DNA from: Acidimicrobiia bacterium
GTDB lineage: Bacteria > Actinomycetota > Acidimicrobiia > Acidimicrobiales > Ilumatobacteraceae
DNA length: 41,039 nt
Assembly: GCA_043730435.1 (NCBI GenBank)
Contig: JAYTKG010000180.1
Location: 1 to 41,039 of the forward strand
Direction of reading: 5' to 3'
Shown here: in pieces, positions 7,094 to 16,550 of the stretch
Position numbering within the stretch: the first letter of the stretch is position 1
How the letters are laid out: the number at the start of each line of letters is the position of its first letter
Program-made: the position numbers and the translations under genes
The notes under the pieces: generated by a model
The model's database searches: none
What the model was told of the DNA's origin: nothing
Seen by the model: only the letters and a program-made list of their open reading frames with translations

Positions 7094-9597
7094 GTTTTGG
7101 CCCGCTTGCCATCGAGCACGTCCGTCGCCCAGGCAGCGAGCGCAGCACGATCGATCTTGGCGTTGTGGCGAATGTCGACCGGCAACTTCTTTCGGCTCAG
7201 CACCGCGGCCACGGGCACAGTGACCGCCTGTCGCACTGCGTCGGTAAGGGACGCTGACGCCAGGCCGTCGTGTTCGCCCTCCACCACGACCACCAGCTGT
7301 TGCACCCCGATCGGGCCGACGCCGACGGCTGCGGCTCGACCGATGGAGGGAACCGTTTCGGCCTCAATCTCAATGGGGACCGGTGTCAGTAGGCCGTTCA
7401 CGGTTGAGACGATGTGGACGCCGCGGCCCTCGATCCAAAGCGAACCTTTGGCGTCAAGATGCCCGACATCACCGGAGTCGTGCCAGACCGAGTGGCCGTC
7501 GTTCGAGCGTGCTGCTGCCTCAGCGGCCCACAATCCGTCGTAGCCGTCAGACAGCCAGGGTGCAGAGACCAGTACCCGACCCATGGTGTCGCTGAGTGGG
7601 TCGATGCGCACCTGCGCACCGTGAACAGGGTGCCCGACATTGACCCCGCGTCCGGGACCGGTGCCATTGATGGTGTCGAGATCGATGTCGGCCACGGGAA
7701 GCGCCTCGGTCATGCCGTAGGGCGTGTGCAATTCCGCCGCCGGACAAAGTTGCGCAACCGACCGCAGCAGCTCTGGTTGCACCGGCGCGCCGGCCGAGAG
7801 AACTAGCCGAAGGCGAGCGAGACCTAGAAATGAGGTCGTTGCAGTTGCAACAACATTTGCCAATGCGGATGGCGAAGCGAACGCCAGGGTGGCGTTGACT
7901 GCCGTGCACGCGTCGTTCAGAGCGCCAGCGGTGAGTGCGGCAGGCTCGGTGACATCAACATCAGGAATGGCCGACGGGATGCCAAGAGCCGGGCCGTACA
8001 GCGCAAACGGAGCAAAGGCAGCAACCAGACGGTCATCGCTGGTGATGTTGTACGTGCGCACCAGCGCGTCCCGCTGCTCTTCAAGCTGTCCATGCAGATA
8101 GCGCACCCCTTTTGCCGGTCCGGTGGCGCCCGATGTGAACAGCACGGCGGCCGGGTCAGTGGCGGCAGGTGGCGCCGGTGCAGCGGCCGTGCCCCGAGCC
8201 GCTACCTGATCGAGTGTGCTGTGTACAGACAAACCGGGCACTGCTCGGCCACCCACCTGGATGGCCTGTGCTCCGGGTGCCCAACGCATCGTGCGGGCCG
8301 CTGCCAGCGCTTTTGAAGGGCCGATGATCCAGGCTGGGCGAGCCCCACGGATGGCTCGTCCGAGACCGCGTAGGCCCAGTCCCTTGTCGGCTATTACGGT
8401 AACGAGACCGGCTCGCCAGCAGCCGTAGAGCACTGCTACCAGATCGGGGCCGGGCGGAATGAGTAGCGCGACACGGTCGCCGGGTTCAAGCCCGCTGGCC
8501 CGTAGTCCGACCGCAATGCGCTTCACCCGCTGATGGAGATCGGCCCACGACGTGCTGGTGCCGGTGGCCCCATCCAGAAAGGCGAGTGACGGGTCGTTGG
8601 CTCGGGACTCAAGCGCGGCCCACAGCGGGCGTCGGCCGCTGTCGGCTTGTTCAGCCGCGGGTGATACTGCGGCGCGGCCGAGGTTCGTTAACCAGGCGCT
8701 GGCCACACTGGCAACGTCGGCCTCCTCCACCACGAGGTGACCAGCCTTCACGAAACGGTGTCGATCAACGTGCAAAAACCGGCTGGCGAGATCATCGGCA
8801 AACGCGTCGGAGAACACGGGGTCTCGCCCGCCCCAAGCCAACAGAACAGGTACGTCGAGTGTTGGTAATTTTGATGCCACCTCGGCAAGCGCATCAGAAG
8901 AAGGATGTTTCGGGGAGAACGGCACATCGGCTACGAACGACCTAATAGCGGCGCGCGTGGATGCACTTCGATACGGCGCGAGGTACGCCTGGCGTGCGGT
9001 CTTCGTCATCAGCCGACCCGACAGCAACGCAGTGCCGGCCACGAAGACAGGTGTGCGTCGGCATGCGAAGTCGGTTATACCCGTGGCCGCAGCGAAGCGG
9101 ATCAGTGCTGGGCCGCGGGTGCCAGCGGGAACGGCGATACCGGTATTGGTGAGCACCATCGCCCGAACACGTGACGGGTTGGCGACCGCCCAGCCCATGG
9201 CAATCGCACCGCCCCAGTCGTGCGCGGCAAGAACCACGGGACCAGACACGTCGAGCGCAGTCAACACGTCGGAGACGTCCTGTACCCGAGTTGTGTAGCG
9301 ACGGGGCGCTGTTCGTTCCGAGTACCCCATACCCAACTGATCGACCGCAATGACCCGATAGCGATCACCGAACAAGGTGAGGAAGCTCCGCCACAGATAC
9401 GACCATGTCGGGTTACCGTGAATGCACACGATGGTGCCGATGGGGTCGGCCGGCGCAGTGTCGAGCACGTGCCAGGTGTAGATCGACCCATCGTGGCTCG
9501 GCACCGAGACAACGCGCGACCATTCCGGGTTGACGCCCCATCGTTCGAATGTCGCAGCGGTGGGCAGGGTCGGAGTAACTCCGACCGAGTTCACCAT
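7090..9597 (-). CDS. oleBC: OleBC fusion: alpha/beta-hydrolase (beta-lactone decarboxylase, OleB) fused to an AMP-dependent synthetase (beta-lactone synthetase, OleC)
   Basis: The N-terminal part carries the haloalkane-dehalogenase-like motif CIHGNPTWSYLWR and HDWGG. The C-terminal part carries the AMP-binding motif FTSGATGPAKGV plus the rest of the adenylate-forming fold. ATG at 9597 overlaps the oleA stop (ATGGTGA). Confidence 0.85.
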   Translation of the reverse strand: MVNSVGVTPTLPTAATFERWGVNPEWSRVVSVPSHDGSIYTWHVLDTAPADPIGTIVCIHGNPTWSYLWRSFLTLFGDRYRVIAVDQLGMGYSERTAPRRYTTRVQDVSDVLTALDVSGPVVLAAHDWGGAIAMGWAVANPSRVRAMVLTNTGIAVPAGTRGPALIRFAAATGITDFACRRTPVFVAGTALLSGRLMTKTARQAYLAPYRSASTRAAIRSFVADVPFSPKHPSSDALAEVASKLPTLDVPVLLAWGGRDPVFSDAFADDLASRFLHVDRHRFVKAGHLVVEEADVASVASAWLTNLGRAAVSPAAEQADSGRRPLWAALESRANDPSLAFLDGATGTSTSWADLHQRVKRIAVGLRASGLEPGDRVALLIPPGPDLVAVLYGCWRAGLVTVIADKGLGLRGLGRAIRGARPAWIIGPSKALAAARTMRWAPGAQAIQVGGRAVPGLSVHSTLDQVAARGTAAAPAPPAATDPAAVLFTSGATGPAKGVRYLHGQLEEQRDALVRTYNITSDDRLVAAFAPFALYGPALGIPSAIPDVDVTEPAALTAGALNDACTAVNATLAFASPSALANVVATATTSFLGLARLRLVLSAGAPVQPELLRSVAQLCPAAELHTPYGMTEALPVADIDLDTINGTGPGRGVNVGHPVHGAQVRIDPLSDTMGRVLVSAPWLSDGYDGLWAAEAAARSNDGHSVWHDSGDVGHLDAKGSLWIEGRGVHIVSTVNGLLTPVPIEIEAETVPSIGRAAAVGVGPIGVQQLVVVVEGEHDGLASASLTDAVRQAVTVPVAAVLSRKKLPVDIRHNAKIDRAALAAWATDVLDGKRAKT

Positions 9598-10685
9598 ACG
9601 ATCTCGGTGAAGCTGATGTTCAGACCTGAACCAATCCCCATGCACAACACCCGCTGGCCGGGCAGGATCAAGTCAACCTGCTTCGCCAGCGTGATGGGAA
9701 TGGCTGCGGGGCCGACGTTGCCGAACTTCGGGTAGGTGAGGGGAACCTTCTCGCGGTCGATGCCCAAGCGCTCGCACATAAGGCGAGTGTGTACCGACGA
9801 CACCTGATGCACGATGTACCAGTCCATGCCTTCTTGCCAGTCGAAGTTCTCACCGGCCGCTTTCCACGCGCTTTCGGCTAGCTCGAGCCCGGCCTCAAGC
9901 AACGCCCGCGTGTCGGTCTTCATCTTGTCGAGATCACCGATGCAGAGTTTGTGATGCTGCGTTCCGGCGCGGGCCACGCCACCGACGAAGCGATGCGCGT
10001 CGGGGTGCTTGTCCATGTTGCCCATAACCATCGCTGCGGCACCCGACCCGAGGGTGAGGGAGGCGAACTCGTCGAAGATATCGGCGGCGGATGAGGTCTC
10101 CTTCTGCAACCGCGCAATGGTTGCGAGTTGGGTCTGACGGCTGCCTTCTCCGTCGACAATCAACACGTACTCAACGTGACCGGCGTCGATAGCGGTGGCA
10201 GCGAGATGCATAGCGTTCACAAAGCCAAGGCAAGCATTGGCCAGATCAAAGTTGATGCACGACGTGGGCAGCCCGAGACGGTCGTGAACGGCGCAGGCGA
10301 TGGACGGCTCAAGGTGGTGTTTGCACACCGAGGTGGAGATCAGCATGCCGATCTGGCTGCGGTCGATACCGGCCTGCTGGATGGCAACCTCACCGGCTTG
10401 TGCCGCAGCATCATCGAACGTGACCGACTCTGGCCACCATCGGCGCGCGTGAATGCCAGCGAGTTCGGCGAGGAGACCCGGACGCAGACCGTTGCGCTCA
10501 TAAGAGCCCTGCAACTGTTCGTCGATCCATACCGATGTGACTTCCTCAGGAGCGTCTACGGCTGCGACGCTGACGATTCCCGCTCGCTGATGGTGGTAGA
10601 CGGCATTTGCAGTCACGATTGGCCCTTCCGCTGGCATCAGGGGGCAATCTGCGGAGAGGGCAGATCGACGGAAACCCGTCCTCAC
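9591..10685 (-). CDS. oleA: OleA, FabH-like thiolase (head-to-head acyl-CoA Claisen condensation)
   Basis: KAS III fold with active-site Cys in DLANACLGF, His in IVHQVS and Asn in FGNVGPAAIP, plus the HLEPS glutamate region. The start is GTG at 10685 or ATG at 10637. Confidence 0.85.
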   Translation of the reverse strand: MRTGFRRSALSADCPLMPAEGPIVTANAVYHHQRAGIVSVAAVDAPEEVTSVWIDEQLQGSYERNGLRPGLLAELAGIHARRWWPESVTFDDAAAQAGEVAIQQAGIDRSQIGMLISTSVCKHHLEPSIACAVHDRLGLPTSCINFDLANACLGFVNAMHLAATAIDAGHVEYVLIVDGEGSRQTQLATIARLQKETSSAADIFDEFASLTLGSGAAAMVMGNMDKHPDAHRFVGGVARAGTQHHKLCIGDLDKMKTDTRALLEAGLELAESAWKAAGENFDWQEGMDWYIVHQVSSVHTRLMCERLGIDREKVPLTYPKFGNVGPAAIPITLAKQVDLILPGQRVLCMGIGSGLNISFTEIVW

Positions 10686-10787
10686 TACCGGCTGGTAGCT
10701 CTCGCTCAGCTGTCAAGTTTAGACAACTTCAAGACTTTCCGTCGCGGTCAGGTGTACTCGGCGGGTCAGACAGGCCAAACTAGGTGC

Positions 10788-11213
10788 GTGACGTACACAC
10801 TTCCCGATACTGACTCCAAGCTGCGGACCCTCGACTGGGCTATCCGCTACTGCTGCCCGTTGGCGCTGGATCGCATCGGAGAGAACGCTGATGCCGAGAA
10901 GTTGCGCAACCTTTCGCCCATCATCAATGGCACGCTCGCTGGCGCGTCGCAGATGATGGTGAAGAAAACAGCTGCTGCCATTCTCGAGCGCATGGAGCCA
11001 GCCGACGGTGTCAGTTTCGGAGACTGGTCAAAGGGTCGCAATGTGCTGCTCCGTGTCGTTGAGTCGGCCAAGGCCACTGCTATCGCTGCACAAGACGCCG
11101 GCATCGACGACCCGGTCATTGCCCTCGTCGCTACAGGTACGCCGGTCACCCGCGCTGTCGCTGCCGTTGCCAAGGCCGCTGCCAGTGCGGCTCCGGCCGC
11201 GCCTCCTGCCTGA
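10788..11213 (+). CDS. Hypothetical protein with Ala-rich C-terminal tail
   Basis: This is the 3' part of ORF 10128..11213 that lies outside oleA. Composition is protein-like (LDWAIRYCCPLALDRIGENADAEKLRNL...). An in-frame GTG at 10788 is the proposed start; a later start at the MMVKK methionines is possible. No family recognised. Confidence 0.5.
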   Translation: MTYTLPDTDSKLRTLDWAIRYCCPLALDRIGENADAEKLRNLSPIINGTLAGASQMMVKKTAAAILERMEPADGVSFGDWSKGRNVLLRVVESAKATAIAAQDAGIDDPVIALVATGTPVTRAVAAVAKAAASAAPAAPPA

Positions 11214-11217
11214 CCGC

Positions 11218-12018
11218 GTGAGTCTTGGGCGGGACATCATCTGGGTCAATGACTCGGGCGATTCCCGAGTAGCAGCGTTTGTCGGTTTGCGTGATCGTGA
11301 GCTACGAGTAATAGACGGGCAGTTCGTGGCCGAGAGCGACATCCTCATCGACCGCGCTGTGCTCGCCGGCTACCGTCCACTCGCCGTCATGATCGATGCG
11401 ACGCGCACAGAGCCGCTTCCCGCGGTGCTGGCCGACGACGTGCCCGTGTTCGGCGCGAGTCCGGAGCTACTTCGCCGCATCACGGGTCTGGCTGTGCATC
11501 GTGGCAGCCTTGGGCTGTTCGAACGCCGACCGCAGATGTCGGTGACTGATGCGCTTCACGGTGCTCGCCGGGTGGTGGTGCTGGGCGGCGTAATGAACCC
11601 CACGAATCTTGGTGTGATCTTTCGCACCGCGGCGGCGTTCGGCTTCGATGCAATCCTGCTCGACGTGGATTCCACCGACCCGCTGTATCGCCGTGCCAGT
11701 CGGGTATCGATGGGAACGGTGTACGGCTTCCCCCATGCCACCATTCCCCGATTGCCCGATGGTCTCTCGGTGTTACGGGAGGCTGGCTTCGTCACACTGG
11801 CCCTGACGCCCGATGACGACGCGGAATCGCTCGACGATGTCACCTTCGCTCGCACCGACAAAATCGCCATCATCCTCGGCACCGAAGGCCCTGGTCTGTC
11901 CGACGACGCTATGGCCGCCGCCGACCGGCGCGTCCGTATCCCCATCTGCACCGGCGTCGACTCCCTCAACGTCTCGGCAGCGGCTGCGGTGGCGCTCTAC
12001 GCACTTACCCGGCAATAG
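11218..12018 (+). CDS. TrmH/SpoU-family RNA 2'-O-methyltransferase
   Basis: SpoU motifs VVLGGVMNPTNLGVIFRTAAAFG, AIILGTEGPGLS and IPICTGVDSLNVSAAAAVALY. In-frame GTG at 11218 lies 5 nt after the upstream stop. Confidence 0.85.
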   Translation: MSLGRDIIWVNDSGDSRVAAFVGLRDRELRVIDGQFVAESDILIDRAVLAGYRPLAVMIDATRTEPLPAVLADDVPVFGASPELLRRITGLAVHRGSLGLFERRPQMSVTDALHGARRVVVLGGVMNPTNLGVIFRTAAAFGFDAILLDVDSTDPLYRRASRVSMGTVYGFPHATIPRLPDGLSVLREAGFVTLALTPDDDAESLDDVTFARTDKIAIILGTEGPGLSDDAMAAADRRVRIPICTGVDSLNVSAAAAVALYALTRQ

Positions 12019-12024
12019 CCATCG

Positions 12025-12052
12025 GCTGTCGCCAAGACAGTCTGGTGACAGC
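12025..12052 (+). terminator. Hairpin downstream of the TrmH-family gene (GCTGTCGCC-n10-GGTGACAGC)
   Basis: 9-bp stem including one G-U pair, with a 10-nt loop, starting 7 nt after the stop. No U-tract. It shares the GCTGTC/GACAGC core with the 45-nt palindromes. Confidence 0.4.
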
Positions 12053-12068
12053 GCGCGAAGATGGATGC

Positions 12069-12920
12069 ATGAAGGTTGCCGTCGTTGACTATCGATCCCC
12101 GTCCGCCGCGGCCGACTTTACGCGGTCGTTGAAACACACCGGGTTTGCCGTGCTCACCAACCATCCGCTCGAGGCTGATTTAGTGCAGAAGGTTTACGAC
12201 GACTGGCTGGCCTTCTTTGCCACTGATGCCAAGTTCAAGTACCCGTTCAGCCCCGACAGTCAGGACGGCTATTTCTCGTCCGCTGTCAGCGAGACGGCCA
12301 AGGGCAACGCCATCAAGGACATCAAAGAGTTCTTTCATATCTACCCGTGGGGGCAGTATCCGACGGAGGTCACCGACGCAGCCCTGCGTTTCTACGACCA
12401 AGCCACCGACCTCGCCAAGGAGTTGCTCGACTGGGTAGAAGCCGAAACGCCACCGGAAGTCGCTGCCAAGTTCAGCGTTCCGCTCTCGAAGATGCTCGAC
12501 GGCAGCAAGAACACCCTTCTGCGCATTCTTCGCTATCCGGCTCTGACGGGTCATGAACCGCCGGGAGCTATTCGGGCTGCCGCCCATGAGGACATCAACC
12601 TCATCACGGTGTTGCCGGCATCGAACGAACCCGGTCTCCAGGTGCGCGACGTTCATGGCGCTTGGCACGACGTGCCGTGTGACTTTGGCAGTCTCGCCAT
12701 TAACGCCGGCGACATGCTGCAGCTCGCGAGCGGCGGCTACTACCCGTCGACGCCGCACCGGGTTACGAATCCGACCGGTGAATCCGCCACGCGCCCGCGG
12801 GTGTCGGTTCCGCTGTTCTTGCATCCGGCCAACGATGTCGTGTTGGCCGAAGGGCGCACTGCGTTTTCGTTCCTGCAGGAGCGCATCCGCGAGTTACGCA
12901 GCCAGGATCTCAAGAACTAG
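12069..12920 (+). CDS. 2-oxoglutarate/Fe(II)-dependent oxygenase (IPNS/flavonol-synthase-like)
   Basis: HxD...H facial triad (AAAHEDINLITVL ... STPHRVTNP) and RVSVPLF (RxS). Start at MKVAVVDY. Confidence 0.85.
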   Translation: MKVAVVDYRSPSAAADFTRSLKHTGFAVLTNHPLEADLVQKVYDDWLAFFATDAKFKYPFSPDSQDGYFSSAVSETAKGNAIKDIKEFFHIYPWGQYPTEVTDAALRFYDQATDLAKELLDWVEAETPPEVAAKFSVPLSKMLDGSKNTLLRILRYPALTGHEPPGAIRAAAHEDINLITVLPASNEPGLQVRDVHGAWHDVPCDFGSLAINAGDMLQLASGGYYPSTPHRVTNPTGESATRPRVSVPLFLHPANDVVLAEGRTAFSFLQERIRELRSQDLKN

Positions 12921-12958
12921 GTCAGAGAGAAGTCGCCTGGAATTTTATATGTCGAAGA

Positions 12959-14228
12959 GTGATATATTTTGTAGTATATGAAAATGCAGCACCTGGCGGG
13001 CTGTACGTCGAAGCGGTGCGCCAGGACGCGGCCATCATTCTGGCCGATTTGGGGCGCCTTGTAGGAGCGCGGCTTGGCGTCGGCAAGGTGGCATACGCCT
13101 CATGGGCCGACGCGATCGCCGGGCTTGTTGCCATACCCGATTGCCCGGTCATCGTCCTCGATGAGTTCGGATATCTCTGTGAGGCGAGTCCAGAGCTTCC
13201 GTCTGTAATTCAGCGCGCAATCGATGCGAGCAGGCAGACCGGTGTCGGAACCAATCGGCTGATTCTGTGCGGATCTACTGTTGCTCAAATCTCGCATCTA
13301 CTCGACCGCGATCAGCCGCTCTTCGGACGAGCGCAGCTTGCGCAGGTGATTGATGCGTTCGTCTTCCGACTGTCGGCGTCGTATGGGGGAACTGCCGACG
13401 ACCCGCAGCTTTCTGTTCTCCTTAATGCAGCGCTTGGTGGGCTCCCGGGCTACCGCGATGTCATGACGGAAGGACCGGTATCCTTGCGCGAATTCAGCGA
13501 GTGGATGATCACCCGAGTGCTCACTCCAGCGTCTCCGCTGCTGGAGGAGGACACGTTGGTGCTCGATCCTCACCGCAGTAGCGCGCGGCGACAGAACGCC
13601 GACTGGTATCTCGGCGCGAACCGGACGACCGGCATCTGCGTTGGCTCGGCCGATCGAGCGTTTGACCGAGGCGGGCTTGCTTATCCAGGTGCCTGACCCG
13701 CTCCGAGCCCGACGATCGCGATACGAGCTTGCTGATCCATTCATCACCTTTCACGACGCGATAATCCAGCCAAACCGCACGCGGATCCGGCAGCGCCAGC
13801 AGCGGGCGGTATGGGCAGAAAGTGCAGCGACGTGGCGCAGCCAGGTGGTTGGACCACACTTCGAAGGACTCTGTCGTGAAGCAACGGCGCGCTACGGCGA
13901 CGAGTTCGGTGTCGCGTCCGTGTCCTCGGTCGGAAGTACGGCCGTCGCCGACGCAAAGGGTAGGAGGAGCCACGAAGTTGACGTGGTCGCCGCCACCGCT
14001 TCGGGAGTTGTCGTGGGTCTCGGCGAAGCCAAGCACACCGCATCACCCAGAGGAACTGCCGACCTTGCTCGCCTCGAACACATTCGATCTCTCCTACCCA
14101 AGGCTGAGGATCGCGCTGCAAAGCTGCTGCTCTTTTCTGCGAACGGATTCGATCGAAACCTCGCAAAGCTGTCGTTGGCGCGCGCCGACGTTGAATTGAT
14201 CGACACCGACCGGCTTTACGGGAGGTGA
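12959..14228 (+). pseudogene. ATPase (Arch_ATPase-like) + DUF234 PD-(D/E)xK-like domain protein, 5'-truncated and frameshifted
   Basis: There is no Walker A. The reading frame begins inside an AT-rich patch. Walker B VIVLDEFGYL is present. The frame switches near 13555-13570: LEEDTLVLDP in one frame, then ILTAVARGDRTPTGISARTG...IERLTEAGLLIQVPDP... in another. The C-terminus carries HEVDVVA...LGEAKH. It is a paralog of 38767-40237. Confidence 0.75.
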
Positions 14229-14297
14229 TCGGTCGGACGACTGCCCTCTTCCGGTAGGGCATCGTGTGACTACTCGTCGATGTGCGAGCATGCATCC

Positions 14298-15116
14298 ATG
14301 TTCAACACCGTGCTTCCCGTTGTTGCCGTGCTCCTTTTCTTGCTGATCGTGATCATCGCAAAATCGGTTCGGATCGTGCAGGAGTACGAGCGTGGCGTCA
14401 TCTTCCGCCTCGGTCGTTGCGTGGGTGCGAAGGGGCCGGGCATCTTTTTCATTGTGCCGATCGTCGACAAGATCATTCGCGTCAACCTGCAGACCATGGC
14501 GGTGCCGGTGCAGCCGCAGCAGGTCATCACCAAGGACAACGTCACCGTGGTGGTCGATGCCGTGGCGTACTTCCAGGTAGTTGACCCGGTTGCCTCGGTC
14601 ATCAAGGTGAACGGCTGGTACGGCGCTAGTCAGCTGGTGGCGCAAACAACATTGCGCGCCATCATCGGCCGCCATGAACTTGATCAGCTGCTGTCGGAAC
14701 GTGACCGCATCGACAGTGAGCTTCGTGACGCTCTCGACACTCAGACGGAGCAGTGGGGCATCAAGGTACATCGGGTGGAGATCCGTGACGTGCAGCTCCC
14801 AGAGAACATGCAGCGTGCCATGGCCAAGCAGGCCGAGGCCGAGCGTGAACGTCGGTCAAAAATCATCGCGGCCGAAGGTGAGCTGCAGGCCAGTCAAATG
14901 TTGGCCGATGCGGCCAGGACCATGGCCACAGCGCCCGGAGCCATGCACCTACGCACGTTGCAGACGCTGGCCGAAGTTGCCGTCGAGAAGAACTCCACGC
15001 TGGTGTTCCCCATCCCGTCTGAGGTTATGGACGCTTTCCGCGCCGTCGCCCACCATTTCGGTCCGACCGAACCGGCGCTGATCACGCCACCGCTGCCCGC
15101 CCCTCCGGCTCAATAA
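14298..15116 (+). CDS. SPFH/band-7 (stomatin-like) membrane protein
   Basis: N-terminal TM segment followed by IVQEYERGVIFRLGR...FFIVPIVDKI...ITKDNVTVVVDAVAYFQV...RAMAKQAEAERERRSKIIAAEGE. Confidence 0.9.
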   Translation: MFNTVLPVVAVLLFLLIVIIAKSVRIVQEYERGVIFRLGRCVGAKGPGIFFIVPIVDKIIRVNLQTMAVPVQPQQVITKDNVTVVVDAVAYFQVVDPVASVIKVNGWYGASQLVAQTTLRAIIGRHELDQLLSERDRIDSELRDALDTQTEQWGIKVHRVEIRDVQLPENMQRAMAKQAEAERERRSKIIAAEGELQASQMLADAARTMATAPGAMHLRTLQTLAEVAVEKNSTLVFPIPSEVMDAFRAVAHHFGPTEPALITPPLPAPPAQ

Positions 15117-15171
15117 GATCCGGTTTGTCCACTCTTTCGTAACCGCCTGTTCACCTTGACTATGGTGACGG

Positions 15172-15348
15172 ATGTTCATGGGGTCTCGTCTCGGCGTTCT
15201 GGCGCCAGCGTGCCTCAGACGTCAACTCGCCAAGACCGGGTTAACGGTGTTGAAGTGGAAAGACATCGTGGAGGCCGTTGAACAGGCCATCAACGCCATA
15301 GAGGGTGTTGCCAATTTGGTGTCGTCCATTGCTGTCAAGCACGCCTAA
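15172..15348 (+). pseudogene. Remnant of a DUF47 (PhoU-like Pit accessory) gene; only the C-terminal ~35 codons are recognisable
   Basis: My translation ends ...LTVLKWKDIVEAVEQAINAIEGVANLVSSIAVKHA*, which matches the conserved C-terminal helix of DUF47 proteins. The stop is 3 nt before the PiT start, the usual synteny. Only 232 nt separate it from the upstream SPFH stop, whereas an intact gene needs about 600 nt. Confidence 0.5.
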
Positions 15349-15351
15349 GTC

Positions 15352-16540
15352 ATGACGTCTTTTGCGTTGTACGCGGTCATCGCGATCGCGTTGATCTTTG
15401 ACTTTGTCAACGGCTTCCACGATGCCGCGAACTCTATTGCCACCGTGGGTGGCCACCAGGGTGCTCACACCGGTGCAAGCAGTTGTCTGGGCGGCGTCGT
15501 TCAACTTCATTGCGTTCGCCGTCTTCGGTACCAAGGTTGCGTCCGCAATCGCCAAGGGCGTCATTGATCAGAAGATCATCTCCATTGGCGTGATCTTCGC
15601 AGCGCTGATGGGCGCGGTGTTTTGGAACGTGCTCACGGCATGGCTTGGATTGCCTTCGTCGTCTTCTCACGCGCTGGTCGGCGGCATGGTTGGTGCCGGC
15701 GTCGCTAAGGCCGGCGGCCACGTCATCATCATCGAAGGCCTGCGAAAGATTGGCGTATTCATCATCTACTCGCCGCTTGTGGGCGTTGCCCTCGGGTTCA
15801 CCCTGATGGTTGTGGTGACGTGGCTAGCGGTCGGCCTTCTGCGGCCGAACGGTGCGCCTCGAGTGCTGGCCCAGTTGGCGACGGCCTGCATTCTTGGCCT
15901 CGGATTATCGTTCGCCGGATTTGGGCTCGTGCACGCGATTCGTCGCCAACACGGTCATCTCAATACAACGATGGTCATAGCGGTGGCAGCGGTAGTGGCC
16001 GTGTTGTTCATGATTGCGTTGCAACGGCTTCGCAAACCGAGTCAGGCCAACAAGTCATTCCGCGTAATGCAGTTGTTCTCTGCTGCGGCCTTCAGTCTCG
16101 GGCACGGTGCCAACGACGCCCAAAAAACGATGGGCATCATCCTGGCGTTGCTCATCGCAGCGAAGAAGGTAGATGCGAAGGCTGACGTCCCTACCTGGGT
16201 GGTTTTGTCCGCTCACACCGCCATTGGGCTTGGCACACTGTTCGGCGGCTGGCGCATTGTTCGCACCATGGGAACCAAGCTCACCAAGCTGCAGCCGATG
16301 GGCGGCGTGTGCGCCGAAACGGCAGCCGCACTTACGCTGTTCTTTACCTCGGCCAAGGGCATTCCGGTTTCCACCACCCACACCATCACCGGTTCCATTG
16401 TGGGCGTCGGCACTTCAAACCGACTTTCCGCCGTGAACTGGGGCGTTGCTCGCCGGGTACTTTGGGCTTGGATTCTCACCATCCCCGGTAGCGCGTTGGT
16501 AGCTGCGCTCGTATTCTGGGCCACCTCGGCCGTCTCGTAG
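15352..16540 (+). pseudogene. pit: Inorganic phosphate transporter, PiT family, with a 1-nt frameshift
   Basis: MTSFALYAVIAIALIFDFVNGFHDAANSIATV is in one frame. VATRVLTPVQAVVWAASFNF... through to the end is in the +1 frame. Deleting one G from the GGG run at 15447-15449 restores the conserved ...SIATVVATRVL... junction. Confidence 0.8.
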
Positions 16541-16550
16541 GGAGCTGATT

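Noticed and set aside
6191-7543. 450-aa ORF on the plus strand
   Set aside because: It lies entirely antisense to oleD and oleBC. Its composition is Arg/Gly/His-rich with no recognisable motif. This is the typical shadow ORF of high-GC DNA.
10128-10787. 5' two-thirds of the 361-aa plus-strand ORF 10128..11213
   Set aside because: It is antisense to oleA and low-complexity. Only the part downstream of oleA (10788-11213) looks like a real gene.
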